In this document: piece after piece, positions 8,293 to 17,691 of the stretch
Numbering within the stretch: the stretch's first letter is position 1
Layout of the letters: every line of letters begins with the position of its first letter
From: a virus
Taxonomy: Duplodnaviria > Caudoviricetes
Virus record (IMG/VR): IMGVR_UViG_3300038345_000144
Reading direction: 5' to 3' (one strand)
Length of the DNA stretch: 64,000 nucleotides
Translations under genes and position numbers: made by a program
Notes under the pieces: generated by a model
Seen by the model: only the letters and a program-made list of their open reading frames with translations
What the model was told of the DNA's origin: nothing
Databases searched by the model: none

Positions 8293-10546
8293 TCGAGTCC
8301 TCTTCCTTTCCCATAATAGAGTTAATTTGCTGTAAATCCCTCTCGTCCAAACCCTTATAGTCTACGACATTGTTCTCAATGGAGATACTGTAACCCATTG
8401 ACTTAACAACCTCAATAAAGTTAAGGGAAAGTCTTGTATTTTCTGGAAGTTCTCTGGTTTCCTGCATATCAGCAATCATTCTGTGGGAGCCAATATACTT
8501 TGTAACACTTCTGATACCCAACTCCTTGAGGATATTAGGGCAATCGTTTGCTACAAGGTTCATCTTCTCCATTTCACCGAACTTCAGTGTTCTGCCGTAT
8601 GCGGAGTCTGCCGATGACTCGGAGATATGGGTTGCGGCGTGGTGGTACAGTCTCATAATATAGTTGAGACCAACAGGTACGGTCTGCTTCTGTCCCTTAT
8701 ACTCCAATACAGAGTTCTTGGCATATTCCTTCATCTGGTCAGCATAACGCTCAATCATAATAGCAATAAAGTCTTCGTTTTCACCGTATTCAATATTGCT
8801 TGCCAATGCCCAAGCCTCAAAAATCTGACCAAGTGAACCTCTACGCATTGTAGAGAAACCTGAAATAACAATTTCCATAGGTCCTGCCTTCATATCGCCT
8901 ACATCGTGCAAGAGACGAGGCATCTGGTCGTCAGGAAGGATAAGTCCTACTGTACCCTTCGCACCGTGGAGGTTGGTAATCTTATCACCAAGTCTGAACG
9001 GGATTTCCCAAGACAGGAATACACGGATATTGTTCTTATCTACCTCATCAAATCTGTCAATCTTGAAGTTCTCATAGTTTGAAAGCACAGCGTCACTCTT
9101 GTTAGGGAATAACTGCTTAAGAGCCTCTAAATTAAAGTCCTGCTTGGCAATAAGAGCAAAGTCCTTTGAATTCTTATTTAAGTATAAAATTGTCTTGTCA
9201 AAAGTTCTTAACCTTTCGGCAAATGACTTTGAAATAATCATTGAGTCGGCGGCAGTATATCCCTCAATGTCGCAAAAACAAACCCTTGCCTTAATTCTGT
9301 GTGTAAGAGGGTCAATTTCCTCTGCTAACGGAACTGCCTGTGATGTCATTTTAGCGTTCATCATAATACGCTTCGGCTTATCGTTGTTACCAAACGGAGC
9401 CTTTGACAAACAAGAAAGACGGGCTTTCTGCGGGTCGGTGAAATACTCGTACATATTCTTCTGTACGCCGTTCTCATCTACAATCCACAACATTCCCTTC
9501 TTCGTTACAACATTATCAAGCAACAATCTCTGACGACCTGCTGACTGTGATGTTACAGTCTTGAATGAGTCAAAGAAACCGTTAGTGTCTGTGTAAGTAA
9601 ACGCAGGCTTGAATTTGGTCTTCTTATCATCATCACCATTATGGTCGTAATGATTGCTTGGAGCGTTGTCGTTACCATTGTAAATATTTACGCAAGTTCT
9701 GAAGTTTTCAAGTGCAAAAATAAGGCTTTCGCTACGAACAAGGCAACCTTCGAGGTTCTCGCCTGATGTCGTGTACTGCTTTGCCTTTGAAGCAATAATA
9801 GTGTTGATACCCAAGAGTATCTTCTTTGTAGGTTGAGCAAACTTCTTGGAGTTAAGGATAATATCCTCAAAGTATTCCATTCTGGAGAACTTATAATTGA
9901 AGATACTGTCGCTCCTGAACTTTGGAACCTGTCTCAAAGCCTCTGTAAAGTTATCCAGTGTGAGAGGCTCCTTGATAATAGACATCAACAAGCACTTGGA
10001 CCTGAAAGTGAGGTTATTGAATACCTCTTCTTTTGTAGGCTCAAACTGGTTTTTAGGGTCTTTGTAAGTACATTCAAAGGTGTCAGAAGGAATATCATAC
10101 TTCCAACCGTTATCACCTCTGATGGTCTGGAAATCCCAACGAGCCAAAGCCCCGTAGAAGTCCTTAACGGCTGTCACACGGGTTACATAGTGGGTTCTGT
10201 TGATAATCCAGCAAAGGTCAATACAGGGCAACGGCATCGCCCCTAATTTGAGACGCTTGCCGTTGTAATCACCTGAAATATCGACACACATAGAGTGAAA
10301 ATTTAACTTCAACTGATATGAGTTCTTTGTCTGTTTAGACGCATCATAGTTAAGTACGCCGTTGTTAAAATATCTGGCTAACTTACAGGGTGAGTCCGTA
10401 TTCCAATACTTCTCGCAATCCCTGTCGATGCTTGCCTGAATATCAGCAAAGTTGTCATTTTCATCAATAGGAGTTAGCCCCAAAAAAGACTGATTTGCAA
10501 CAGTCCAAAAGGCTAACTCTTTGGCATAAAGTTCCGTAATTGTCAT
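8267..10546 (-). CDS. rpoB: RNA polymerase beta-like subunit
   Basis: RIMMNAKMTSQAVP, EGYTAADSMIIS, GDKITNLHGAKG, MRLYHH, KFGEMEK correspond to conserved RpoB blocks. Confidence 0.9.
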   Translation of the reverse strand: MTITELYAKELAFWTVANQSFLGLTPIDENDNFADIQASIDRDCEKYWNTDSPCKLARYFNNGVLNYDASKQTKNSYQLKLNFHSMCVDISGDYNGKRLKLGAMPLPCIDLCWIINRTHYVTRVTAVKDFYGALARWDFQTIRGDNGWKYDIPSDTFECTYKDPKNQFEPTKEEVFNNLTFRSKCLLMSIIKEPLTLDNFTEALRQVPKFRSDSIFNYKFSRMEYFEDIILNSKKFAQPTKKILLGINTIIASKAKQYTTSGENLEGCLVRSESLIFALENFRTCVNIYNGNDNAPSNHYDHNGDDDKKTKFKPAFTYTDTNGFFDSFKTVTSQSAGRQRLLLDNVVTKKGMLWIVDENGVQKNMYEYFTDPQKARLSCLSKAPFGNNDKPKRIMMNAKMTSQAVPLAEEIDPLTHRIKARVCFCDIEGYTAADSMIISKSFAERLRTFDKTILYLNKNSKDFALIAKQDFNLEALKQLFPNKSDAVLSNYENFKIDRFDEVDKNNIRVFLSWEIPFRLGDKITNLHGAKGTVGLILPDDQMPRLLHDVGDMKAGPMEIVISGFSTMRRGSLGQIFEAWALASNIEYGENEDFIAIMIERYADQMKEYAKNSVLEYKGQKQTVPVGLNYIMRLYHHAATHISESSADSAYGRTLKFGEMEKMNLVANDCPNILKELGIRSVTKYIGSHRMIADMQETRELPENTRLSLNFIEVVKSMGYSISIENNVVDYKGLDERDLQQINSIMGKEEDSNEDNSEAD

Positions 10547-10574
10547 TTATGCACTCCTTATAGTGTTTTATTTA

Positions 10575-10949
10575 TTAGTTGTCTTTTACTCTACCATTCT
10601 CATCGAAGTAGTGTTCAGCAGTATCAGGAGTGTCCTTGATATGTGCATCAGGGTTGTCAATGCGTTCACCCTCTTCAGATACCGCATCGGTTTCATCAAT
10701 ATAGTGGTCGTCGATAATAACCCCGTCTTCTCCATCGTGACCAGGCTTATCCTCATCGTAATGGCTATCACGGTCTGGAGTGTCTTTCGCATCGTCAGTT
10801 GACTCTTCTGCTACTTCCTTTTCCTCTGTTTCCTCGATAACGGTTGTAGTTTCCTCTGGGTCGTTGGTCTTCTTTGTACCGCCACACGCTGTCATTGTCA
10901 ACAGCATTGAACCTACAAGTGCCATTACCATAATCTTCGACTTTTTCAT
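10575..10949 (-). CDS. Acidic lipoprotein
   Basis: Signal peptide with lipobox MTAC; D/E/H-rich; internal KDTPD repeat. Confidence 0.75.
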   Translation of the reverse strand: MKKSKIMVMALVGSMLLTMTACGGTKKTNDPEETTTVIEETEEKEVAEESTDDAKDTPDRDSHYDEDKPGHDGEDGVIIDDHYIDETDAVSEEGERIDNPDAHIKDTPDTAEHYFDENGRVKDN

Positions 10950-10985
10950 TTTCCTAAATTTCCTTCCTAAAATTAAAATTATATT

Positions 10986-11213
10986 TTATTTATTCTTGGC
11001 TATTATAATAATGAACACCAAGAAATAAATAAGCAACAGTAATAATACTAATGCAAAAGTAATCCAAATTGGCGAGAGTACCCAAACCCAAGACCAGTCG
11101 ATTACCTTGCATAATTTTAAGACAATAAAGGCAATAGTCAATAGGGTAGAAAAACTACCACCTACTGTAACGGAGACTTTTGCTCCTCCACCGTTATTGT
11201 CATCATTTCCCAT
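10986..11213 (-). CDS. Small membrane protein
   Basis: AFIVLKLCKVIDWSWVWVLSPIW, a motif common in small phage membrane proteins. Confidence 0.7.
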   Translation of the reverse strand: MGNDDNNGGGAKVSVTVGGSFSTLLTIAFIVLKLCKVIDWSWVWVLSPIWITFALVLLLLLIYFLVFIIIIAKNK

Positions 11214-11240
11214 ATTTGTACTCCTTAAAAGTTGTGTGGT

Positions 11241-11999
11241 TACAGGCAGTGTTGTTTGTTTTTAAGTTTATTTTTGTTTATTTTTGATTAGTGGAATTTA
11301 GAATGTATCTTCATCTTCCGCAGTAACCTCAACAGGACCGTCTTCCTCAAGAGAGATTACTGTGCCTTCGCTTGGAGCATCTTCTAATTCTTCCTCTGTG
11401 TTCTTGCCTGCTTCTCTTTCAGCAATAGACTCCTTAACGAGTTTATTGGTGAGAGATACAAGATATGCCTGAATGTGTCTATCGACCATAATCATAGCAC
11501 TTCTGAACTTTGCAGGCTCTACGGGTACACCAATCATAACTTCAGGCTTACCATCAGGTATAATTGCACCAGTGTCAGTTGTCTTACCCTTACCGAGTGA
11601 GAGATTAACGAACAACTTATCACCTGCCATTGTTAACTTGATGGTACGGCTTTCAATGTGGTTGTCATATCTCTTGGACTTTGTGCTACCACCACGGCTG
11701 ATAATGTAACCCTTCTCGCCAGCCTTCATAACCTTCTCAAAAATTCTTCCCGACCTACAATCTTCTGCAAGTGTGACAGCCTCTTCGAACTCAAGATAGC
11801 AACTAACAGAACGCTGTGCCATCGGGAGCGACTTGTCATACTTTGCCGCCTGAAGTCTTACCTTCTCGATACCGAAACTATCGAGATACACATTCAGAAC
11901 GACTGTTTTTGTAGATGATTTGGAGATTTTGTACTTGTCAAACTGATTGTTTCTATTCATTTAATTAAATTCCTTTCGCATAATAGAACACTGCCTGTA
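11241..11999. repeat. 13-bp perfect inverted repeat pair flanking the 11298-11960 gene
   Basis: TACAGGCAGTGTT at 11241-11253 and AACACTGCCTGTA at 11987-11999. Confidence 0.85.
11298..11960 (-). CDS. Hypothetical protein with acidic tail (possible ssDNA-binding protein)
   Basis: Beta-rich basic core and acidic C-terminus ending EDEDTF; function inferred only. Confidence 0.45.
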   Translation of the reverse strand: MNRNNQFDKYKISKSSTKTVVLNVYLDSFGIEKVRLQAAKYDKSLPMAQRSVSCYLEFEEAVTLAEDCRSGRIFEKVMKAGEKGYIISRGGSTKSKRYDNHIESRTIKLTMAGDKLFVNLSLGKGKTTDTGAIIPDGKPEVMIGVPVEPAKFRSAMIMVDRHIQAYLVSLTNKLVKESIAEREAGKNTEEELEDAPSEGTVISLEEDGPVEVTAEDEDTF

Positions 12000-12026
12000 C
12001 CCCACTATGCTTTTATATACTTAATC

Positions 12027-12055
12027 ATTATAACAATATTATTTTTCTTTGTAAA
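12027..12055 (-). promoter_or_regulatory. sigmaA-type promoter
   Basis: TTTACA-N17-TATAAT. Confidence 0.75.
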
Positions 12056-12059
12056 TAGC

Positions 12060-12779
12060 CTACTCTTCAATTAACGGATTTTTTATTTTAAGGGTGATGC
12101 TATCCGAAGATTTTTCTGCTTCATTTATTTTAGCCTTACCCTTAACTTCGACCCCATAATCCTTGAGACGCTGTTTGAGGTGTTTTACTCCAGTAGTGCG
12201 TACCCACTTATTAAATGCCTCTCGGTTAATAATACAATACATATTGGTATCATCAATCTTCCACTCTCCGTGCCACTTTGAATACTTCGGAGGCTTCAGT
12301 TCACCTGCTCTATGCCAAAGAAAGTCAGGATAAGACTTTGAGTTGAAAAGACAATGACCTCGCCACTGGGACAAAATTGTACCATTTTCAAATGTCGTAT
12401 CAAACGAGTCCAGAGGCATACAATAACTATCGCAAATATTAAAATTTTGCCCGCTAATAACTGCTGAAAGGGTTGAAATCAGTGTTGGTTCGTGGTCATT
12501 TGGGCTTCTATGAAAATTCATTTCAAATCTGGGAACGCAAATCTCAAAATCAATCGCAAGTTCCTTTGCAACACAATTATCCTTGTTCTCCATCGCTTTT
12601 GACAGCACAAGGTCTAAAAACTGGTCGGTAACAATATATTGGATATACTCATCTAAATACACATCAACCTTATCAATGAAATTATCCAATATCTTAAGAA
12701 ACTCTGTCTGATAATCGTCCTTGTCCTTCACGGCTTTCAGGGTTTTTGACCTGACTGAATTAAGTAATTCTAAATCCAT
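12060..12779 (-). CDS. Hypothetical protein
   Basis: 239 aa ORF with GAAAGGA RBS. Confidence 0.65.
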   Translation of the reverse strand: MDLELLNSVRSKTLKAVKDKDDYQTEFLKILDNFIDKVDVYLDEYIQYIVTDQFLDLVLSKAMENKDNCVAKELAIDFEICVPRFEMNFHRSPNDHEPTLISTLSAVISGQNFNICDSYCMPLDSFDTTFENGTILSQWRGHCLFNSKSYPDFLWHRAGELKPPKYSKWHGEWKIDDTNMYCIINREAFNKWVRTTGVKHLKQRLKDYGVEVKGKAKINEAEKSSDSITLKIKNPLIEE

Positions 12780-12807
12780 TTCTCAAAATTCCTTTCAACA
12801 TTCTACA

Positions 12808-13290
12808 TCAGTCATCAATATTTCTCTTTAACTTATATAATTCTCTATTAGACGACCTGAACATCATTAACAACAACTCGTATATAGGCTTATCCCTATC
12901 GTGAACTTTTGCGTTTTTAATTACTCTCATATTTCCCCAACTATCAGGTGCTATACAGCCAACCCAATGTGGTAATAAATGTCTAACTTGCGTAAACACT
13001 TCTTCCGTAGTAACCAAATATGACTTATCCGCAATATGCCAATTACAACCGTGTCCTGAATTGAAATCTTCAACTGACGATTTAATCTCATAAGCAATAA
13101 ACAAACCTTGCTCTATTCCTGACACGCTATTGTTTTTTGGCTTGAACTGCATAAAATCTATTCTACACTCTTTAGAAGTAGCATAGTCAAAAGTTACTTC
13201 CGTAGCATAATAAATGCGGGGGTCGTTATGCGGGTTAATGTAGTTTTTAAGTTGTCGGGATAATTCAGCCGTTATCTCTTTCCTATTCAT
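12808..13290 (-). CDS. MmcB-like PD-(D/E)XK nuclease-fold protein
   Basis: EV...RIDF...AYEIKSSVEDFNS. Confidence 0.65.
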   Translation of the reverse strand: MNRKEITAELSRQLKNYINPHNDPRIYYATEVTFDYATSKECRIDFMQFKPKNNSVSGIEQGLFIAYEIKSSVEDFNSGHGCNWHIADKSYLVTTEEVFTQVRHLLPHWVGCIAPDSWGNMRVIKNAKVHDRDKPIYELLLMMFRSSNRELYKLKRNIDD

Positions 13291-13303
13291 TTATAAATTC
13301 CTT

Positions 13304-13720
13304 TCAACTTTTTCCGTATCTGTAAGCCACATAACTAATAACTTTTACTTTATCAAGAATGTATATGTGGTAGGTCTTCTTATCTGCGTCACCCTGCTCA
13401 TATTCAGGAACTAACGACTTGGGATTGAAATGCCTTACCATCCAGTCATAGACATACTGATTAGCACCGTTCCAATTGTAACGGATTTCATCGGGCATAC
13501 CTCGCTCATTGTATAAAGTAACAAGGGCTTCACTTAAAACCTTTAAGCCATAGCCCTTATGCTGATACATCGAGTTCGTGAACCACTCGGAGATACTCCA
13601 AATACTGCCATCACCATTTAGAGAGATTTTGCACTCACTAATCTGTGTATGGTTGTCCTCTTCGTAGATAGTTACTCGTAACCCATTTAATAAGTTTTCC
13701 TTGACAATTTTAGATGCCAT
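13304..13720 (-). CDS. GNAT-family acetyltransferase
   Basis: Acetyl-CoA binding motif YQHKGYG. Confidence 0.55.
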   Translation of the reverse strand: MASKIVKENLLNGLRVTIYEEDNHTQISECKISLNGDGSIWSISEWFTNSMYQHKGYGLKVLSEALVTLYNERGMPDEIRYNWNGANQYVYDWMVRHFNPKSLVPEYEQGDADKKTYHIYILDKVKVISYVAYRYGKS

Positions 13721-14528
13721 ACATTCTCTTGATTGCGTTTACATCAAACGAAATATTTTTCTCTTCTTTAATCTGTGTCTTTGCTACTTCAACCAGTGTG
13801 TCGAGGTACATTGTATCACAATCGGAGTGGCTTTCAACCCACTCTTCCAAAATAACTCTCAACTCGCTGATATGAATAGGCTTGGTCGTACTTGCATACC
13901 ACTCATCATCACGGCAAATATCAATAGGCGTGTCATTGACAATACAAACATAGCCGTCAATACTGTCGATAGGCAGACCTCTCTTTGACATAATATTCTC
14001 CCAAATAGGAGTAGATGCGTGAACTGTAAGCAATTCCTTGCCCTTATCTGGGTCCATAAGGACATTTCCTACCAAGATAACCTCTTGATTTGGCTTTAAT
14101 TTGAGGTTTTTAGCGTCAATAACCAGTAAGTTACGACCATAAACCAAAAGCGTATCGGTATCTGGAGTATATCCTAACTGTTCAAATTTCTCTGGCTCGG
14201 AGGAAAGGCTGGCAAATGCTACTATTCCCTGCAACTTATCATCATTCTTGAGAAGTGTCTGCAAGTATTCACATAACTTAATCTCACCTTCAAGACCTGC
14301 CTTTGTCAAAGCAATTTGAGTTTCAAGTTCAGGGTCTTTCATACTCCAATCGAGTATTGAGACATTCTTCTGTGCGTCCCTCTTATGCTCCAATTCTACC
14401 AATGTCTGACGCAAACCCTCACCAGGAGTTCCGATAACACGGTCTCCAGAACGAATATAGTTTCGTACATTTATAGCAAGGTCGTGGTCTTCAGGCAGAA
14501 TATTATCCTTGTTAAGTTTAGTAAGCAT
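13710..14528 (-). CDS. NERD-like nuclease domain protein
   Basis: GLEGE...DTDTLLV...LLVIDAKN. Confidence 0.6.
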   Translation of the reverse strand: MLTKLNKDNILPEDHDLAINVRNYIRSGDRVIGTPGEGLRQTLVELEHKRDAQKNVSILDWSMKDPELETQIALTKAGLEGEIKLCEYLQTLLKNDDKLQGIVAFASLSSEPEKFEQLGYTPDTDTLLVYGRNLLVIDAKNLKLKPNQEVILVGNVLMDPDKGKELLTVHASTPIWENIMSKRGLPIDSIDGYVCIVNDTPIDICRDDEWYASTTKPIHISELRVILEEWVESHSDCDTMYLDTLVEVAKTQIKEEKNISFDVNAIKRMYGI

Positions 14529-14531
14529 TAC

Positions 14532-15524
14532 TTACGCCTTTCTGATGTTGGTATTCTTGTCAGGGTCTACATACTCCCAGTGATAACCACCAGCCGTAAT
14601 TGCAAGTCCCTTGAGTACAGCGTGGACATTCTTATTACCGCAAGCCTTCTGTGCCTTTGATACGGAAGAGAATACCTCTCCAGTTTCTACGCAACGAACG
14701 GACTTGGACTCGTCCTTAACATACTCCCAACGGAAACCCTTTGCTGTTGGAACTCTGCCAGTACATACCGCATAGATTGTTTCTCTTGCAAGTCCGTACT
14801 TCTTTCCTGCTTCTTCAACGGAGTCAAATACTTCGCCAGTGTCAACATTTCTGCACTTTCTGTTTCTTGTGCCTGCTACCCACTTCTGCAAATCCTTCTT
14901 TAGACATCCGCAAGACTTGGTGCGTTCGATGTTGTTAGTAGCAACTTCTACGATATTACCGCACTCACACTTACACTTGAATACCGCCTTACCGTTCTTG
15001 TTCTTAACGACATCAATAACTGTAAGTCTTCCGTGAGGATTGGAGTCAAATGCCCACTTGAAAGTTTCCATAGCATATTCGTGCCAATTATTCTGTCTGT
15101 AATAGAGAGTTGGCTGTGAAATGCTCTTATACTTGTTAAATAGGTCTTCTGTGAGTTTTCTGTCCTTCTCAAACTGTGCTCTTGTAGCCTTGAGATTTCT
15201 ACGATAGAACATATCGTAGTAGTTATAAACTATGTCATCAAGGTTGAACATAGCCTTGAAATGCTCTGGTGTAAGGAAACTGTATGACTTAAACCAGTAC
15301 AAAGCCTCGAACCTATCTTCATCAAGTTCAGGCTTATTTTGCATCATAGGTGCTATTATCTGACGAACACGCTCTCTTGAGATACGCTCGGTTTCCTGCT
15401 CCCCAATTTCCTGAAGTGTCATACCCTTCAGTCTCATATTCATAAATCGGGTTACTTTTTCCACCTTATCCTTCTGATTATAGAGTTTAGCAGGATAAGT
15501 CTTTACCCATTCTTTGATTTTCAT
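14532..15524 (-). CDS. DNA-binding protein: sigma70 region-4-like HTH plus Cys module plus two NUMOD1-like repeats
   Basis: MTLQEIG...ISRERVRQII; GRLTV..CKCECG..KSCGC; two TGEVFxSV...GxxWEYV repeats. Confidence 0.65.
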   Translation of the reverse strand: MKIKEWVKTYPAKLYNQKDKVEKVTRFMNMRLKGMTLQEIGEQETERISRERVRQIIAPMMQNKPELDEDRFEALYWFKSYSFLTPEHFKAMFNLDDIVYNYYDMFYRRNLKATRAQFEKDRKLTEDLFNKYKSISQPTLYYRQNNWHEYAMETFKWAFDSNPHGRLTVIDVVKNKNGKAVFKCKCECGNIVEVATNNIERTKSCGCLKKDLQKWVAGTRNRKCRNVDTGEVFDSVEEAGKKYGLARETIYAVCTGRVPTAKGFRWEYVKDESKSVRCVETGEVFSSVSKAQKACGNKNVHAVLKGLAITAGGYHWEYVDPDKNTNIRKA

Positions 15525-15532
15525 AACATTTA

Positions 15533-16378
15533 TTAGTCCTTTCTGTTGTTATCTTCATCGTCTAAAAATTTGGCTAACTTGTCGGGGTCAACCTCAAGAA
15601 GTCTTTTTGCTTGTATCTTGTTGAGTTCAATACCCTTAACAATGCCAGTAGCAATACAACTATCTTTAATTGTATTGGTAGGTCTCCAGTCATCACTGGT
15701 CTTAAAAATTGCTATATATGTTTTCATAGCATAGCCTCACTTCTGCTCCCATTAACAACCCCTATATTGTCTGCCTACTCTGTATGCTTTCTTTCTCAAT
15801 TCCTCAATAGCATTATCTAACGCACGACAATATGCCTTGTTTTCCTTGTAATTATCCCTTAATTCAGACAAATTATGTGTGTCCTGCATAATGTCATTCT
15901 GCATTTTCGTAATCTGTTCGTCTAATTCTTTACTTGTCATTTTTTTTGCTCCTTTATGTAATTTATTTTTCAGTATTAAACCCTCATATCTGCTCCGCAA
16001 GTAGGGCATACTCCCAACGGCTCTGTAATCATCGTGTGAATTATTGGTAATTTGTATTCTCCGCACTTATCACATTCAAAACAAACAACATCTTGCCCGA
16101 AATTATTTTGTTTGTGTCTTGTTATCCACTTACCGTGAGGTCTTGTGTATTCCTTCTTTGCGTCCTCGTAACCTTTCTTATATCCATTAGCATAGAACTC
16201 TTGACCGTCTCGCAGTTCATTATAATTAGTCATTTTTCGCACCGCCTTTTTGTTCTATCGGTTCGTGATTATAGATGCCACAATACTGACTTACTTCTGT
16301 ATATGCGTCAGGACATTCCTTTAATTCAATGTGTCCTGCATACGGACATTGAGTACAACCTATTTCTTTCTTATTCAT
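15533..16378 (-). CDS. Cluster of four small hypothetical genes (15533-15727, 15752-15940, 15976-16233 Zn-ribbon, 16226-16378 Cys-rich)
   Basis: Tightly packed ORFs; CDKCG...CPTCGADMR in the third; fourth read manually (MNKKEIGCTQCPY...). Confidence 0.55.
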
Positions 16379-16394
16379 TTTAGTTATCCTCCTT

Positions 16395-17063
16395 TTACCA
16401 AGTTACTGCAAGGTCATATCCCTCTGGATATGTATAAATAAATGTACCTGTATCAAGTACAATACCCTCACCAAGACTTGTTTCAACGATAGAGCCGTAA
16501 GGGTGCAATCTCCAGTTAGCGGCGACTATTACATACTTACCGAACATCTTTGCTCCGTCCTCACGCTCCCAATACTTGCCTTCAATACCCTTCTTTGTGG
16601 CATTTGAGCAAACAAGACCCATAGGGAGATTGTAATAAGTCTCTCTATGACCATTAAACATATTAACCCCCTTCTGCTTTGTAAGAGGGTCATCAATAGC
16701 CTGATAGCCGAGGATTGTCTCTGTAATATCAACATACTCGTCATACAGGGCTGTGTAACTTGTTTCGAGATTGTTATAATCTGTGGAAAGAGCATTATAG
16801 TTGGACTCAAGATTTGTATAGTTAGTTTCCAACTCATTGTGGCTCTGCTGTAATGTATTGTAGTTGTTTTCAAGTGTCGTACAGTTGTTTGTTACCGTCT
16901 GAAGGTTAGTTGTCAACTGCTGGTTTTCTACTGCCAGTTCATCGGCTCTTGCATTAACCTGACTAAATCTGATATGGTTTGAAATAATATTGGCTCCGAA
17001 AGCCATAACCAAAATCACCGCAAACAAAAGTATCTTGTTGTTTATCTTTCTATCAAAAATCAT
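16395..17063 (-). CDS. Secreted coiled-coil protein with 3D-like cell-wall hydrolase domain
   Basis: N-terminal TM, heptad repeats (LETNY/LESNY), C-terminal VIVAAN..PYGSIVETSLGEGIVLDTG. Confidence 0.65.
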   Translation of the reverse strand: MIFDRKINNKILLFAVILVMAFGANIISNHIRFSQVNARADELAVENQQLTTNLQTVTNNCTTLENNYNTLQQSHNELETNYTNLESNYNALSTDYNNLETSYTALYDEYVDITETILGYQAIDDPLTKQKGVNMFNGHRETYYNLPMGLVCSNATKKGIEGKYWEREDGAKMFGKYVIVAANWRLHPYGSIVETSLGEGIVLDTGTFIYTYPEGYDLAVTW

Positions 17064-17138
17064 TAGTTTACCTCTCTTTTATGTAATGTAAACATATTAT
17101 ACCAAACGAATTTACAATTTGTAAAGGTTTACACTAAA

Positions 17139-17564
17139 TTAGTGATTTTCGAGATAATTCATCACCTTGAAGAGTGACTTCTGTTCAATCTGACGCACTC
17201 TTTCAAAGGACATATCATAGATTTCTGCAAGGTCTCTGAAAGTATAGCACTTATCGGCATTTATACCTCTTCTCTTATACAGAATATCCTTTTCCTGCTC
17301 CGTGCATACAATATCAATAGCCTTAATAATGTCCTCGGCGGTGATTTCTCGTCTTGCGTGAAGCCTCTTATAAAGGCAAATGCTCTGGAAAATAATACCT
17401 GCAATACCAAGACCTACGGCAATAAGCGTATAAAGTCTGATTGTAGGGAATATGATTGATGCTCCTACGAAAAGGAGTGTAGCAATACTGCCTGCTACCA
17501 GTGAAATAATGTCCTTTCTGACTAATTCCTTATTAGGCTTTCTGTTAATTGTAATGTTTCTCAT
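17139..17564 (-). CDS. Two-TM protein with C-terminal sigma70 region-4 domain
   Basis: Two hydrophobic helices, then EQEKDILYKRRGI...TFRDLAEIYDMSFERVRQIEQKSLFKV (cf. RpoD VTRERIRQIEAKALRKL). Confidence 0.75.
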   Translation of the reverse strand: MRNITINRKPNKELVRKDIISLVAGSIATLLFVGASIIFPTIRLYTLIAVGLGIAGIIFQSICLYKRLHARREITAEDIIKAIDIVCTEQEKDILYKRRGINADKCYTFRDLAEIYDMSFERVRQIEQKSLFKVMNYLENH

Positions 17565-17595
17565 TGTAGTAATTTCCTCTCTTTAAGATGGTTTC

Positions 17596-17625
17596 ATTAT
17601 ACCAAAGAGGTTATCTTTTTGTAAA
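17596..17625 (-). promoter_or_regulatory. sigmaA-type promoter
   Basis: TTTACA-N18-TATAAT. Confidence 0.65.
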
Positions 17626-17640
17626 GTGCCGTATAACAAT

Positions 17641-17676
17641 AATAAAAGGGTGGTATTACCCACCCTTGTTATTTTT
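17641..17676. terminator. Intrinsic terminator, probably bidirectional
   Basis: AAGGGTGG-N6-CCACCCTT hairpin with A/T tracts on both sides. Confidence 0.7.
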
Positions 17677-17691
17677 AATATGTCAGGTTGA

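Noticed and set aside
16720-16930. 21-nt periodicity
   Set aside because: Explained by coiled-coil heptads in the protein
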